NCBI GenBank assembly: GCA_951406725.2
Contig: OX597842.1
Span: 6,262,001-6,326,000, forward strand
Length of the DNA: 64,000 nucleotides
DNA from: Octopus vulgaris
Lineage: Eukaryota
Reading direction: 5' to 3'
Part shown: positions 24,749 to 38,254 of the stretch, one piece after another
Position numbering within the stretch: the stretch's first letter is position 1
Layout: each line of letters begins with the position of its first letter
Position numbers and translations under genes: made by a program
Notes under the pieces: model-generated
The model's database searches: none
Seen by the model: only the letters and a program-made list of their open reading frames with translations
What the model was told of the DNA's origin: nothing

Positions 24749-25550
24749 GAAGGAAGGAAGGAAGGAAGGAAGGAAGGAAGGAAGGAAGACAGAAAGAAAG
24801 AAAGAAAGAAAGGAAGAAAGAAAGGAAGAGATATCTAGGAAAGATAGAGAATGAGAGAGTGCAAGAGAGAGAATATGCAGAGAAAGATGAGGAAAAATAG
24901 ATTGTGAGGGAAAGAGGAAGAGAGACAGAGAGAAAGAAGGGAAAAAAGAAAGAAGACATCAGGAAAGTAAGATAAGAGAAAAGAGAGAGAGAGAGAGAGT
25001 AAGAGAAAGAGAGAGAATATAAGAGAAAGAGTGAGACAGAGAGTGTATAAGAGAAAGTGAAAGTGAGAGAGAGTACAAGAGAAAGGGTGGGAGAGAGAGA
25101 GAGAGAGAGATTTTGGATCCAATGATAGATTGGATAAAGTGAAAGGCGAAGAAAAAGGTTATGATGAATCAATAAGCAATGTGTGTAATAGAGAGAAGGA
25201 GAGGTGAAAGTGAGGTAGAGAGAGAGGGGGAGAGAGACAGAGAGAGACAAGCAGTCAGACAGACAGACAGGTAGAAAGCAAGAGCGAGGGAAAATGAGTG
25301 AGAAAGACAGAGATGAAAAGAGGGAGACGAATTGGAGACAGAGAAAGGAGGGTTATACTGAGGAATAGAGAGAGTGAGAGAAATGGAGAGAGAGGAGGAG
25401 GATATAAAAAGAGAACTACATAATGGGGGGAGGGGTAAACGAAAGAGAGAAGTGTAAGAAAGAGGGAAAAGAAAGAGAAAAAATGCAAGTAGCAGAAAGA
25501 GTAGCATAGTAGTGGGAGTGAGAGTGAAAGAGAGAAAGTTGAAAGGTTTT
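24300..25550. repeat. GGT-rich then purine-rich (GA/GAAA/GGAA) low-complexity tract
   Basis: Direct reading. Confidence 0.85.
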
Positions 25551-25584
25551 CAATAAAGTTTGTTGCAGAATATTTTCAAGTTAT

Positions 25585-26440
25585 ATATGTATGTATGTAT
25601 GCAAGTATGTATGTATGTGTGTATGTATGTATGTATGTATGTATGTATGTGTGTATGTATGTGTGTATGTATGTGTGTATGTATGTATGGATGTATGTGT
25701 GTATGTATGTGTGTATGTATGGATGTATGTCTGTATGTATGTATGTATGTCTGTCTGTATGTATGTATGTATGTATGTATGTGTGTATGTATGTATGTAT
25801 GTGTGTATGTATGTATGTATGTGTGTATGTATGTATGTGTGTATGTATGTATGTATGTATGTATGTATGTATGTATGTATGTATGTATGTATGTATGTAT
25901 GTATGCAAGTATGTATGTATGTATGCAAGTATGTATGTATGTATGCAAGTATGTATGTATGTATGTATGTATGCATGCAAGTATGTATGTATATATGTTT
26001 GTATGTATTATGTATGTATATATTATGCAAATATGTATGTATGTATATATGCATGCAAGTATGTATGTATATATGTATGTATGTGTTTATGTATGTATGT
26101 ATGTCTGTATATATGTAAATATGTATGCATGCAAGTATATATGTATGTATGTATGCAAGTATGTATGTATGTAAGCATGCAAGTATGTATATATGTATGT
26201 ATGTATGTATGAATGTATGCATGTATGCATGCATGTATATATGCATGCATGTATGTATTATGTTTGTATGTATGTATGAATGCAAGTATGTATGTATGTA
26301 TGTATGTATACATGCAAGTATGTATGTATGTATGTATGTATGTATGTATGTATGCATACATGCAAGTATGTATGTATACATGCAAGTATGTATGTATGTA
26401 TGTATGCATACAAGTATGTATGCATGTATGTATGTTTATG
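25585..26440. repeat. Long degenerate (TATG)n microsatellite
   Basis: Direct reading. Confidence 0.95.
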
Positions 26441-26959
26441 TCAGGTCTCTTTCGAGTGCTACTGGTAACATGTAACCCAGTACAACTTGTTGCATGGTCG
26501 GGTCGTCGGCGAGGAGGGTATTTATTGGACACCCTGCGGGATGAAAAACAAAACCCGTCAAAGGGCGGAGGAACTCTTGAGAATCAACGGCCATCCAATA
26601 AATGTCTTAAGGCTGTATCATGCGTGGGGACATAGAAATAATCAGACTGATTACACGATCGCGCAGTTAAATCATTGGGAGTGAAGGACTCCTAGCCTTT
26701 GTTAGGGCATCCTTCTAGGAGCAGGTAACTCAGGTAACTGGGATTGCTCTGACATAAAACCTGCAGCTCAGTGGTTACCGATGATGTTGACTTGTTCTTC
26801 TTTTCGGATTATGGCTGCTGTTGCTTAGTGAGTGGGATTAACTCAGTGCACAGCCTTTCCTCACTTCAAAAAAAAATCTTCTTGCACAGGCATTGCATGA
26901 TAACAACATTGACTAAGCTTCGTGCAATGGCCATACTCGATAACGAGGGGGCAGCCACC

Positions 26960-27345
26960 ATGTATGTATGTATGTCTTCTCTTTCTCTTTTTAGTTTCAG
27001 AGTAAATTTTGACTGGCCACCTACTTGGTAGCAAGGTTGTGAATGAAAGCATCTTAATTTAACCGTCATCTTAAGAAGGCCTTCCAGATTTTTACAGTCC
27101 TAGATATCATAATCATTTGTAGGATATAAATTAAGGATTTGCATTCTCTCCCCTAGATCCTAAGTTCAGCCATACTTTGCTCCAGATGGGTCGGTATGTA
27201 TCCTATTGCTCCAATAATAATAGATATGAAGCTGAAAGTGTATCTTGGATACTGTATTTGCAAATGCTTTATCAATGGTCCATACATGTCCTCTTTTCAC
27301 TTGCATTTTCTAACTACACTTACATCCAGATGCCAGCTGATTTAC
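26960..27345 (-). mobile_element. 3' end of a second R4/Dong-like family
   Basis: EISWHLDV...MYGPLIKHLQIQYPRYTFSFISIIIGAIGY...SRTVKIWKAF; ends in (TACA)n. The 3' tip of the first family lies next to it at 27355-27445. Confidence 0.7.
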
Positions 27346-27459
27346 ACTATGTACATATGTATATATGTCATTATTCAGTTTTATTTCAAGATTTCTAGCC
27401 AATAGAGAAAGAGCTGGTTTCTAACCAAGATCCAAGACTCCTTTCTGATTTTTTTCTGA

Positions 27460-27915
27460 TTCTTAGCTTACAATTAATATAAAGATAGCATGATTTATCG
27501 CCCCAGTATTCCAGAGCAATCTTTATAGAAACCACCTAATAAGTAAATAATTAAGTACAGGAATGAATATTAAACTAATTCTATGTAATTTTCCCCTTCT
27601 AATGTTGAAAATTGGTATATATACACAGTTTATCTATTCTGGTTATAATATCACTTCTAGTAATCTTAAATTTTATCTTCATACAACAGATAATATTATT
27701 TATATACAATCATCCATTGTATTCCATGATAATTTCCTCTGTATTAACATCATAGATTTTATTAGCATCTTGCCCCTTTAACTGGCAATTAACATCTTGA
27801 TTTGGGGTCTTCCCCTACCTAGCTTTATAGACAGTTACTCATACAAATCCTAAAATCCTGACAATATTTATGACCATCCCCAACCATAAACTGTCAACTC
27901 ATTCCTGCCCTCCAT
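27460..27915 (-). pseudogene. Inverted, diverged copy of an unidentified decayed ORF
   Basis: Aligns by eye with 29830-30320 (IKFKI..DIITR..YTNFQH versus LKFRV..NIVTR..YISNFYH). Confidence 0.45.
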
Positions 27916-28572
27916 TCTAAACAGGGTGAAGCTTTTTATGAAAATAATTTTTGAAAATATATGAATTTTCCTTTATTACTTCTGGACAGATTTTGTGCAA
28001 ATCTTTTTTGTACCATGTACTTAAAACCAACAGGAGGCGTATTTTTAGTAAAAAAAAAAAAAAGAAAAGGAGGAAAAACAAACTTTGAAAATTTATGAAT
28101 TTTTCAAGCCCCTCCCTTCCCATACTCAGTACCAATTTTGGTAAATTTTTTGGTCAACCCACTTAAAAACGATGGGAGAAGCCTTGAAGGTTAAAAAAAA
28201 AATTTAGAAATTTGCTATCACCATTATGATCCCTACTTCTTTTATTTTCAAACAGTAAACATTATTCCCTTTTTTGAATTTTTTAAAAATTACAGTTTTG
28301 AAATATGGGCAGTCCAAATTTTCAATTTGCTTCTGTTTATAATTTTAAAGTAATTTTCTGATGACAAGGTGTGTGATTTAAGGGAGATTTAGCTGTTGGT
28401 TCATGCACTTTCTACGACCACCTGGTACCTTCCTCATTTCTCTGTCACTCTTTCCCCCTCGCACACATTACATGGAATGATGATGCATTGATCTGTTGCT
28501 AGGATATAAGCAGCAACACACACACAAAAGTAAACTATTTAAATTTTTAGCCCCACCCTGCATCAAGAATCA

Positions 28573-28648
<76 letters not shown>

Positions 28649-29102
28649 AAGAAGAAATCATATTTACTAACAGAAAAGCATTTAAAACTATTAAAGTAAA
28701 TTATCTTTTACACACCTTTTTGAATCACTCTGTTGTCCTAATGACATTCTTTACACACATGCATACACACACACATTGACAAAGACACACATACACACTC
28801 TCTCAGCATGAGCAAGATACCTTTATAGAGAGTGAAAGAGAGTGTAGTAGATATATAGAGAGAGAGGGTCATAGTTTACTATGAGAAAAGCAGAAAAGCA
28901 TAAGGGTTTGGTATAAGAAAAAAATTTGAAAATCCCTGTCAAAATAGAGAAAATCCAACTTATGTGGATGTGTTATTCCAAAAGTCTACCTACCGGGCAA
29001 CGACAGGATACACTACTAGTAATAGTGTGTGTATATATATATATATATATAATATATGCATGTGTGGGTGAATGTGTAATATATATGTGTGTGTGTGTGT
29101 GC

Positions 29103-29155
<53 letters not shown>

Positions 29156-29303
29156 TAAAAATGAATAAAAATGGCTTTTCTGATAATTTTTCCAATTTAA
29201 TAATTAGATATGTTCATCAGTTATTAGGTGTTTATATCATTTCTATTCATTTTATCAAATATATAATACTGTACCAAAGACTTTCTATTTTTATTTTTTA
29301 TTC

Positions 29304-29372
<69 letters not shown>

Positions 29373-29375
<3 letters not shown>

Positions 29376-29625
29376 TCAGATGAATATGGTACTTAAGCTG
29401 AAGCACCAGAATTTATTATCCATACAATTTCGAAGTAAGGTGATTAAAATCAAAATAAGCAACAAGGATATCCAGAGATAATGCAGTACGATCGTTTCAT
29501 GTAACTCCATTTAATTGAACAACGCAATCCTTTCATTACATCAATTTAAAATGTAGAGCAATCTTCAGCTGCAAAAAGGCATAGAATTTAATTAAATTAG
29601 AACAGATGGATACATTAGTATAATT
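29373..29625 (-). mobile_element. PLE-like pseudo-LTR
   Basis: Near-identical copy at 34420-34680(-) and a diverged copy at 32560-32710(+), the latter downstream of a GIY-YIG remnant. Confidence 0.7.
29482..29573 (-). ncRNA. Type I hammerhead ribozyme candidate with intact core
   Basis: tgcag CTGAAGA ttgctc...ggagttacat GAAA cgatcg TA ctgca: 5-bp helix I and palindromic helix III ACGATCGT. Confidence 0.65.
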
Positions 29626-29769
29626 ATACCTACAATCTCCAAGTTAAGGAGACAGACAAAGAATATGTTGTACCTACAACAGCATAGCCTTAACTAAAAT
29701 TTTCAAGAAGACACTGCCTGTCACTGATTTTTTGTTTTTTTATGGGGCCATTTATAATTTATAGACTAG

Positions 29770-31500
29770 TTTATCAAATCCCTTGTATATTTAAGGCTGA
29801 GAGAAACAGAGGTAGTATCTGTTTGGGGTAGAGTTGAGGGAGTAGACAGACATTCTAGATGGTATAGTCATAAAAATCAAGATTTATTAGAAGCAATGTC
29901 ATGAAGTTTAGTAAAGGAAAACTTAAAACAAGATGTTAAGGGGGTCCACTAGCAGACTATCGATAATGAAGCAGGGGAAGTCTTATCGTGTATCACTATA
30001 GTTATATACTTTAAAACAATGTTGCTATATTATATACAGTTAAAGTTTAGGGTTATTCAAAAGATTATTAAGAAGAATATTGTAACAAGAAGATAGAACT
30101 TTATGAATACTTTTGAGTATATATCAAACTTTTACCACAATAGAGGAAGGAAAAGAAATTATATAGAAATAGTTTAATATTTATACATATTGTATACTTA
30201 AATACTAACTCATCAGATGGTATCTATGAATATTGATTAATTGGTATATACTGGTATCTAATAAAGGAATATTGAGGTAAATGAACATGCTAGTTATATA
30301 TTAATAAAATTTTAATCTAAGCAGTTTTTTTTTAATAAGTAGTGAATATATCAGTATAGTTTTATATAAGCTAAGTGTGAATTTATAGAGATACAAAAAT
30401 TAGATTAATTTTATAAATAAAGAAAGGCTAATTATAAAATGAAATAAAATAATCAATGGCAGAACACCATAGAAAAGGAATAAAATGGCTTAATTACTAA
30501 TACTATGGTAAAGTATATGTAGCTTACTAACACCAATAGAGAAGATTTTTTAGAAAAAAAGTATAATAATTCAAAATATATTAGACTAAAAATTATGTAT
30601 TTACTTATTTAGCTAATATCTATAAAAGACTGATGTTTGGTATCGGCTAAAGGAATATTTAAGTTATGGAACAATTCTATTTTACACTAATTTTATTTTT
30701 AATTTAGGGTTTTATTATAGGTTTAAGAAGTTGTTATTATTACTCCCTACATGATATTTATAGTTTCTTAGTGGTGCTTGTTTAGAAGAGTTATTTATAT
30801 AAAGTCCCTTATAAATACTAAGATCAGGAGGGTAGAGTCATTTAAGAAAGAGGAAAATCAAGTAATTTTTTAATGATCATTTCAAACAATATCATCAAAC
30901 TGTATGAGTTTAAAATTTTAGGGTAATCACGAAGATTATTAAGAATGAAAATTTTAACAAAAGGATACCACTTCTTTGAATATTATGAGTATATACCAAA
31001 TTTTTACCACAATAGAGGGAGGAAAAGGAAATTGCAAAGAAATAGATTAATATTAATATAGATTAATAATATACTTATTACTTATCTAAAATATTAACTT
31101 ATGGTTTCCATGGAAAATGATCAAATGGATTTTAACTAGTATTTAACTGAGGTTAAAGAACATGTTAACTATATACTGATTTAATTAAAATTGAACTAAT
31201 TTTAAGTTGTGGAGATACCGGTATTACTTTATATAAGCTGAGTATGAATTAATAGGGGTACAAGGATTAGATTTATTTAAGGCTGCTATAAATGTAACAG
31301 TAACAACAATAATAAAATGATCAGTTAGCACTAAAAACTATAATGAAATAATAAAATATTCATACCTTATTAACTCTAATAGCAAGTATTTATAGAAAAT
31401 GTATAATAATTTATGAGCTAAAAATTGTTAATTAACTTATTTAGCTTAGCATAATCAGGGCCGAAACCTGGTATTAGTTGAAATGGGATATAATAAGAAA
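29770..31500 (+). pseudogene. Tandem pair of unidentified decayed ORFs (period about 850 bp)
   Basis: 30030-30670 is similar to 30900-31500; shared peptides KFRVIxKIIK, EYIxNFYHNRGRKR, MVSM and EVxEHxxYILI with synonymous differences. Confidence 0.45.
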
Positions 31501-32169
31501 GGCACAGCCTTATAAAAATAGTAGAGATGGATGTGAACTTTGTTCTATGGAGACATGAAATTTTGAAACATAGGAATAATATAAACTTATTGAATAACCG
31601 TTTTGATATAGGATATCCTGCATACATTGTGCCACCCGTACTTTTAAGCATTTTAAATAATAGCATTCCTAAATTTTCAAATCTTAATGTTTTGTAACCA
31701 AATAAGGAAATAATATACCATACTAGCTTTTATTTAACCTGCATAGATTATTAAGAAATTTTATAATATAAATAAATTTGAATAAAGTGAAATTAAAATC
31801 TTTTGAAACTTTCCAATATAGGATTGCATAAATTCCATATATCTAGTGAAATTATTAAGTTCATCTTGATTACCTCTCTTCCATTACACTTTAAAATATC
31901 TTATAGGCTCTTGATATATGTGCTAATTGATAAGGTTTTTTTTTACAGATAATAAATATTATGTCTAGCATATTCCTTTAATTTAACTCATTAATAAAAA
32001 TAAATTACTATTTACTAACTAACTATAAATCTATATTAATAGAAATTGATATATATATTTTTATAAATATGAAAAGAATTTATATACTCCCCATCTCTAT
32101 ATAAGATACTAAAATTTATTAGAATCCTTTGAAAAAAACTATCTAAAGGATATTTATTTAAAATCACAA

Positions 32170-32710
32170 GCAAGATTATGGCTGTCAAATGGTTAAGGGC
32201 ATCAGAAATCTCTATTCACCCTACCCCACTAGCTTCAGCCTACTAACTTTGGCTAAAATACATTCAAATGTGCCAAAGTTAAATCCCTCATAAAATGGAT
32301 GGATTTATGGCTCTGCCATTTGAACTACCCCTTCCTCTATCTATAAATAGAAAAAATTCTTGTTTGTCTCCACTGAACTTAATAAAAAAACCCTCCCCAT
32401 TGGTAAATCTAAATAACAAAGTGAACTCAGTGATGAAAAATCTGCCCATGAGGGAAGATCTTCTACTACCATGTTCTTACTGATGAAATTCACCTCTCTA
32501 TTTATATATCTACCCTCTTTGTAATGTTGGCGAATGGAATAAGTATAAAAATGAACATTGTCAATTTAATTAAAAAATTTCCATATGGAGCTGAAGAGTG
32601 CTCTACATTTTAAAACTGATGTAACACTTACATTGTTTAATTAAATGAAGTAGCATGAAACACTTGTACTACACTATCTTTGGATATCCTTGTTGCTTAT
32701 TTTGATTATA
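32170..32710 (+). mobile_element. Highly decayed Penelope-like 3' end (GIY-YIG C-terminus plus pseudo-LTR)
   Basis: Frameshifted HQKSLF..LIKW..CL..LNNKSEL..CP motifs, then CTGAAGA gtgc...gcat GAAA. Confidence 0.55.
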
Positions 32711-33097
32711 TATATAGATATATAGATATAACTGAGAATGTGTGTATGTCTGTCTGTCTGTATGTGTGCATCACTAAAACTTGAGAACTACCCAACTGAT
32801 TTCATTCAAATTTTATACAAGCCGTACTTAGGGTTCATAGAGTGTCATGTGCCAAAAAATGTTCAACTTCTTGCCTAATACGAGTCTGGACGAATCTCTT
32901 AAACTGTTTTGGTATTATGTGTCAAAAGTGAAACAATAACATCTCTATTGTAATGTGATATAATAGCTTCTCTATTCTAAGGTTTCACTTTCAATAGTTT
33001 CATTTTTATTAGTTTCACTGTGTATATATATATACTTGTTTCTTTATATGTTAATGGATTCACTTTTAATAGTTTCATTTCTATTAGTTTCACTATG

Positions 33098-33129
<32 letters not shown>

Positions 33130-33156
33130 CATGCTTGTATTTATGTGTGTACATAT

Positions 33157-33189
<33 letters not shown>

Positions 33190-33328
33190 ACAAAAATCAA
33201 AATGGACGACAGATTTTTATAGGTCAAGTTCCTTTATCATCGCAATACAAAATGCATAAAAAATTCATCTTGATGTTAGATCTCAAGCATTCTAGTATTA
33301 CAATCAAAAGAAAATCAGTATTACAAAA

Positions 33329-33409
33329 CCTTATGATCGTTTCAAGGAATGTGTTTGTATTGGGTGAGTTTTCCAGCTGATAAAATATTCGCATTTCTCT
33401 CATCAGAGG
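33329..33409 (-). ncRNA. Type I hammerhead-like motif
   Basis: cct CTGATGA gagaaatg...cattcctt GAAA cgatca TA agg. Confidence 0.55.
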
Positions 33410-33724
33410 AACAAATAAATCAATTACAATTGTTTAGAAACTGAGAAAGCTTAAAATATATATATGTGTATGTATATGTATGTGTATGTATATGTGTGTG
33501 TATATATGTGTGTGTGTGTGTGTGAGTGCGTGCATATGTATATGTGTGTATATATATATATTTATGTATGTATATATATATATGTGTGTGTGTATATATA
33601 TATATATACATATATATATATACATATATATATATATATGTATATATACTTACCACACAGCCACTCCTGCGCCTATGTATATATGTATATATATATATAT
33701 TTATATACATACATATATATATGA

Positions 33725-33821
<97 letters not shown>

Positions 33822-33825
33822 TACA

Positions 33826-33989
33826 TAGGCGCAGGAGTGGCTGTGTGGTAAGTAGATTGTTTACCAACCACATGGTTCCAGGTTCATTCCCACTGCGTGG
33901 CATCTTGGGCAAGTGTCTTCTGCTATAGCCTCGAGCCGACCAATGCCTTGTGAGTGGATTTGGTAGACGGAAACTGAAAGAAGCCCGTC

Positions 33990-34026
<37 letters not shown>

Positions 34027-34248
34027 TGTGTGTGTATGTGTTTGTGTGTCTGTGTCTGTCCCTCTAGCATTGCTTGACAACCGATGCTGGTGTGTTTACG
34101 TCCCCGTTACTTAGCAGTTCGGCAAAAGAGACCGATAGAATAAGTACTGGGCTTACAAAGAATAAGTCCTGGGGTCGATTTGCTCGACTAAAGGTGGTGC
34201 TCCAGCATGGCTGCAGTCAAATGACTGAAACAAGTAAAAGAAAGAAAA
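33826..34248 (+). mobile_element. SINE family A, full length
   Basis: Complete from head to tail. Confidence 0.85.
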
Positions 34249-34274
34249 GAAATATATATATACATATATATATG

Positions 34275-34357
<83 letters not shown>

Positions 34358-35149
34358 ATATGCGTGTGTGTGCATCTATGCATATATATATGTATATATA
34401 TGGGTTCAATAAAAATTTAGATTCAGATGCATATGGTACTTAAGTTGAGGCACCAGAATTTAGTATGGTATTATCCATACAATTTCAAAGTAAGGTGATT
34501 ATAATCAAAATAAGCAACAAGGATATCCAGAGGTAATGCAGTACGATCGTTTCATGCAACTCCATTTAATTGAACAATGCAATCATTACATCAATTTAAA
34601 ATGTAAAGCAATTTTCAGCTGCACAATGACATATAATTTAATTAAATTAAAACAGATGGACACATTAGTATAATTTTAATTAAAATTCCTGGATAGTTGT
34701 TGACATGTTTCTAGACAGAATGGAAATGAAATGAAAGATAGCGGCTTAAGTAAGTGGGCATTTGTCCCAGTACATATATATATATACATATACATATGGA
34801 GGTATATATATATATATATATATATATAACTAGTATAGCCTCAGGCCAACTTGTGAGTGGATTTCGTACATAGAAACTGAAAGAAGAATGTCATATATTT
34901 GTGTGTATGTCTGTGTCTGTACCTCCACCGTTGCTTGACAACCAATGTTGCTGTGTTTACGTTCCCATCACTTAGCAGTTCGACAAAAGATACTTATCGA
35001 ATAAGTACTAGGCTTACAAAAACTAAATCCTAGAGTCGATTTGTTCAACTAAAGGCAGTGCTCCAGCATGGCCACAATCACATGACTGAAACAAGTAAAA
35101 CAATAAAAAAACTATGCCATTTTAGTCCCAAGCAACACCGGGTATCTCC

Positions 35150-35578
35150 GCATCTCTGCCACGTAAAAGCACCATCCGCTCGTGCTCGTTGCCAGCCTCG
35201 GCTGGCCCCCGTGCCGGTGACATGTAAAAGCACCGTCCGTTCATGGCTGTTTGCCAGCTCTGTCTGGCCCTGTGTCGGTGGCACGTAAAAGCACCATCCT
35301 CTCGTGTTTGTTGCCAGCCTCGGCTGGCCCCGTGCCGGTGACACGTAAAAGCACCATCCGTTCGTGGCCGTTTGCCAGCTCTGTCTGGCACCTGTGCAGG
35401 TGGCACGTAAAAAACACCCACTACACTCGCGGAGTGGTTGGCGTTAGGAAGGGCATCCGGCCGTAGAAACACTGCCAAATCTGACTGGGCCTGATGAAGC
35501 CTTCTGGCTTCACAGACCCCAGTTAAACCGTCCAACCCATGCTAGCATGGAAAACGGACGCTAAATGATGATGATGAT
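35150..35578 (+). mobile_element. RTE 3' UTR fragment with ~61-bp tandem repeats and (TGA)n tail
   Basis: Matches the 3' UTR of the RTE at 55296-56375. Confidence 0.75.
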
Positions 35579-36242
35579 ACACAATAGGCTTCTTTCATTT
35601 TTCAGATTTTAAATCAACCTGGCTATAGTAGAAGTCATTTGCCAAGAAGCTATGCATGCCGGATGAAATGCTTAGCGGTAATTTCGTCTGCTGCTACGTT
35701 CTGAGTTCAAATTCCGCCGAGGTCGACTTTGCCTTTCATCCTTTCAGGGTCAATAAATTAAGTACCAGTTACGCACTGGGGTCGATGTAATCGACTTGAT
35801 CTCTTTGTCTGTCCTTGTTTGTCCCCTCTGTGTTTAGCCCCTTGTGGGCAATAAAGAAATAAGAAGCCATGCAGTTGGACTGAACCTGGAACCATGTGTT
35901 GGGAAGCAAGGTTCTTACCACAGAGCTACACCAACACCTTTGAACAGAATTATCTTTTTTATTTTGCACCCAACATTTTTTAAACCATGGCAAAAGATGC
36001 ATCTCAACTTTGCAGAGTAGAAAAAGATGAACTTTTACATGATGTAGCTGAGATAAATCTCAATTGTTTGGGGAAAATTTGTTAAAAGAGAAGAAAATCA
36101 ATAAAGATACACCAGAAATAACATAGTTATTAACCTTGTGAGTCTCTGGGTGACTTTTAGGCCACCCTGTATGCAAAACGTGTGTATGTATGTATGTATG
36201 TAGAGAGAGAGAGAGATACACTTATACATGTATGTATGTATG

Positions 36243-36302
<60 letters not shown>

Positions 36303-36338
36303 CATATACACACACATATATATGTATGTATATTTGTG

Positions 36339-36378
<40 letters not shown>

Positions 36379-36712
36379 AATTTATGTACGTATGTACACA
36401 CACACACACACATATATATACATATGTATCTTTGTATGTATGTATGTATGTAGAGAGAGAGATACACATATACATGTATGTATATATATCTATAATATAT
36501 ATATATATATATATACATATACACACACACACATATGTATGTATGTATATGTATATTTGTATATATATATATATACACACACACAAATATGTCGGTATGT
36601 ATGTATATTTATATATATATATACATATGTATGTATGTGCATATGTATATTTTTATATGTACAATATGTACCTGTATATTATATGTTACATGAACACATA
36701 TATGTACAAGTT

Positions 36713-36817
<105 letters not shown>

Positions 36818-37131
36818 GCATACATACATATATACACATAAACATACGTGTACACAGGTATTTGCATATATTTATATAGATAGATATGTATGTACATACT
36901 TAGTTATCTGTGTATGCATATTTTTATAGATGTATACTTGTACAAACTCACATACTCACACACATGTACATACACACATATGTGTATAAATACATACTTA
37001 TATGAGTGTGTGCATGCGTGTTTTCAAAATGTGTAACACCCCCGCACATTCTTGGCGTGGGTGTTATGAACACAACTATTCTAGGCAGTACTTTAAAAAT
37101 TATGTGAGTGTGTGTATGCATATATGCATAC

Positions 37132-37181
<50 letters not shown>

Positions 37182-37616
37182 CATATATGTATATATACAC
37201 ATATATAAATTTATATACACAAACTCACATATATAAATATGTATGTGTATATATGTATATATACATATATATATACATATACATACACACACACATATAT
37301 ATATATATATGATATATATGTATATGCATAAGAATGTGTGTGTGTGTGTGTGTGTGTGTGTGTCTGTGTGTGTGTGTGTTTGAAGACCCTGCACTCCACA
37401 GTTTATCATTCCAGAGATATTGAAAAGTAGATTCAATTTGCTAACAGATAAGATAGATGAGCAATGACTGAGACATTTACTACAACACAACCAGCATCCT
37501 CAGCACCATGCCATTAATAACACCACCACCAACACCACCACCATAATATTAATACTACTACCTTACCACTACTAATTCTACTAAGACCATAACCACTACA
37601 CAATTACTGTAACCAT

Positions 37617-38012
37617 AGGCGCAGGAGTGGCTGTGTGGTAAATAGCTTGCTTATCAACCACATGGTTCTGTGTTCAGTCCCACTGCGTGGCATGTTGGGC
37701 AAGTGTCTTCTACTATAGCCTCGGGCCGACCAAAGCCTTGTGAGTGGATTTGGTAGACAGAAACTGAAAGAAGCCTGTCGTATATATGTGTATATAAATA
37801 TGTGCATGTATGTTTGAGTGTCTGTGTTTGTCCCTCTAGCATTACTTGACAACTGATGCTGGTGTGTTTACATCGCCGTCACTTAGCGGTTCGGCAAAAG
37901 AGACCGATAGAATAAGTACTGGGCTTACAAAGAATAAGTCCTGGGGTCGATTTGCTTGACTAAAGGTGGTGTCCAGCATGGCCGCAGTCAAATGACTGAA
38001 ACAAGTAAAAGA
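37617..38012 (+). mobile_element. SINE family A, full length
   Basis: Colinear with 33826-34248. Confidence 0.85.
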
Positions 38013-38254
38013 GAGATACCATTAGAACTACCACAGCACCATCACCATACATTACTATACATATTACAACCACTGCCACCAATAACACTGACTTGGCTGT
38101 TTGGTAAAAAGCTTGCTTCACAACCTCATGGTTTCTAAGTTCAGGCCCATTGCATGGTATCTTCGGCAAGTGTCTTCTAGTGTAGTCTGGAGCTAAACAA
38201 ACTCTTGTCAGTGGATTGATAGATGGAAACTGAAAAAAAGCCAGTCATAATCAC

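Noticed and set aside
24264-25250. 328-aa ORF with poly-Pro and S/L/F-rich segments
   Set aside because: Translation of CT-rich and ACC low-complexity DNA
26440-26960. Possible RTE-like 5' UTR fragment
   Set aside because: Only a vague motif resemblance and no adjoining ORF
29640-32160. NUMT or alternative genetic code (TAA/TAG read as Gln) explanation for the AT-rich block
   Set aside because: No mitochondrial gene motifs recognised; TGA stops and frameshifts also occur, so ordinary decay is simpler
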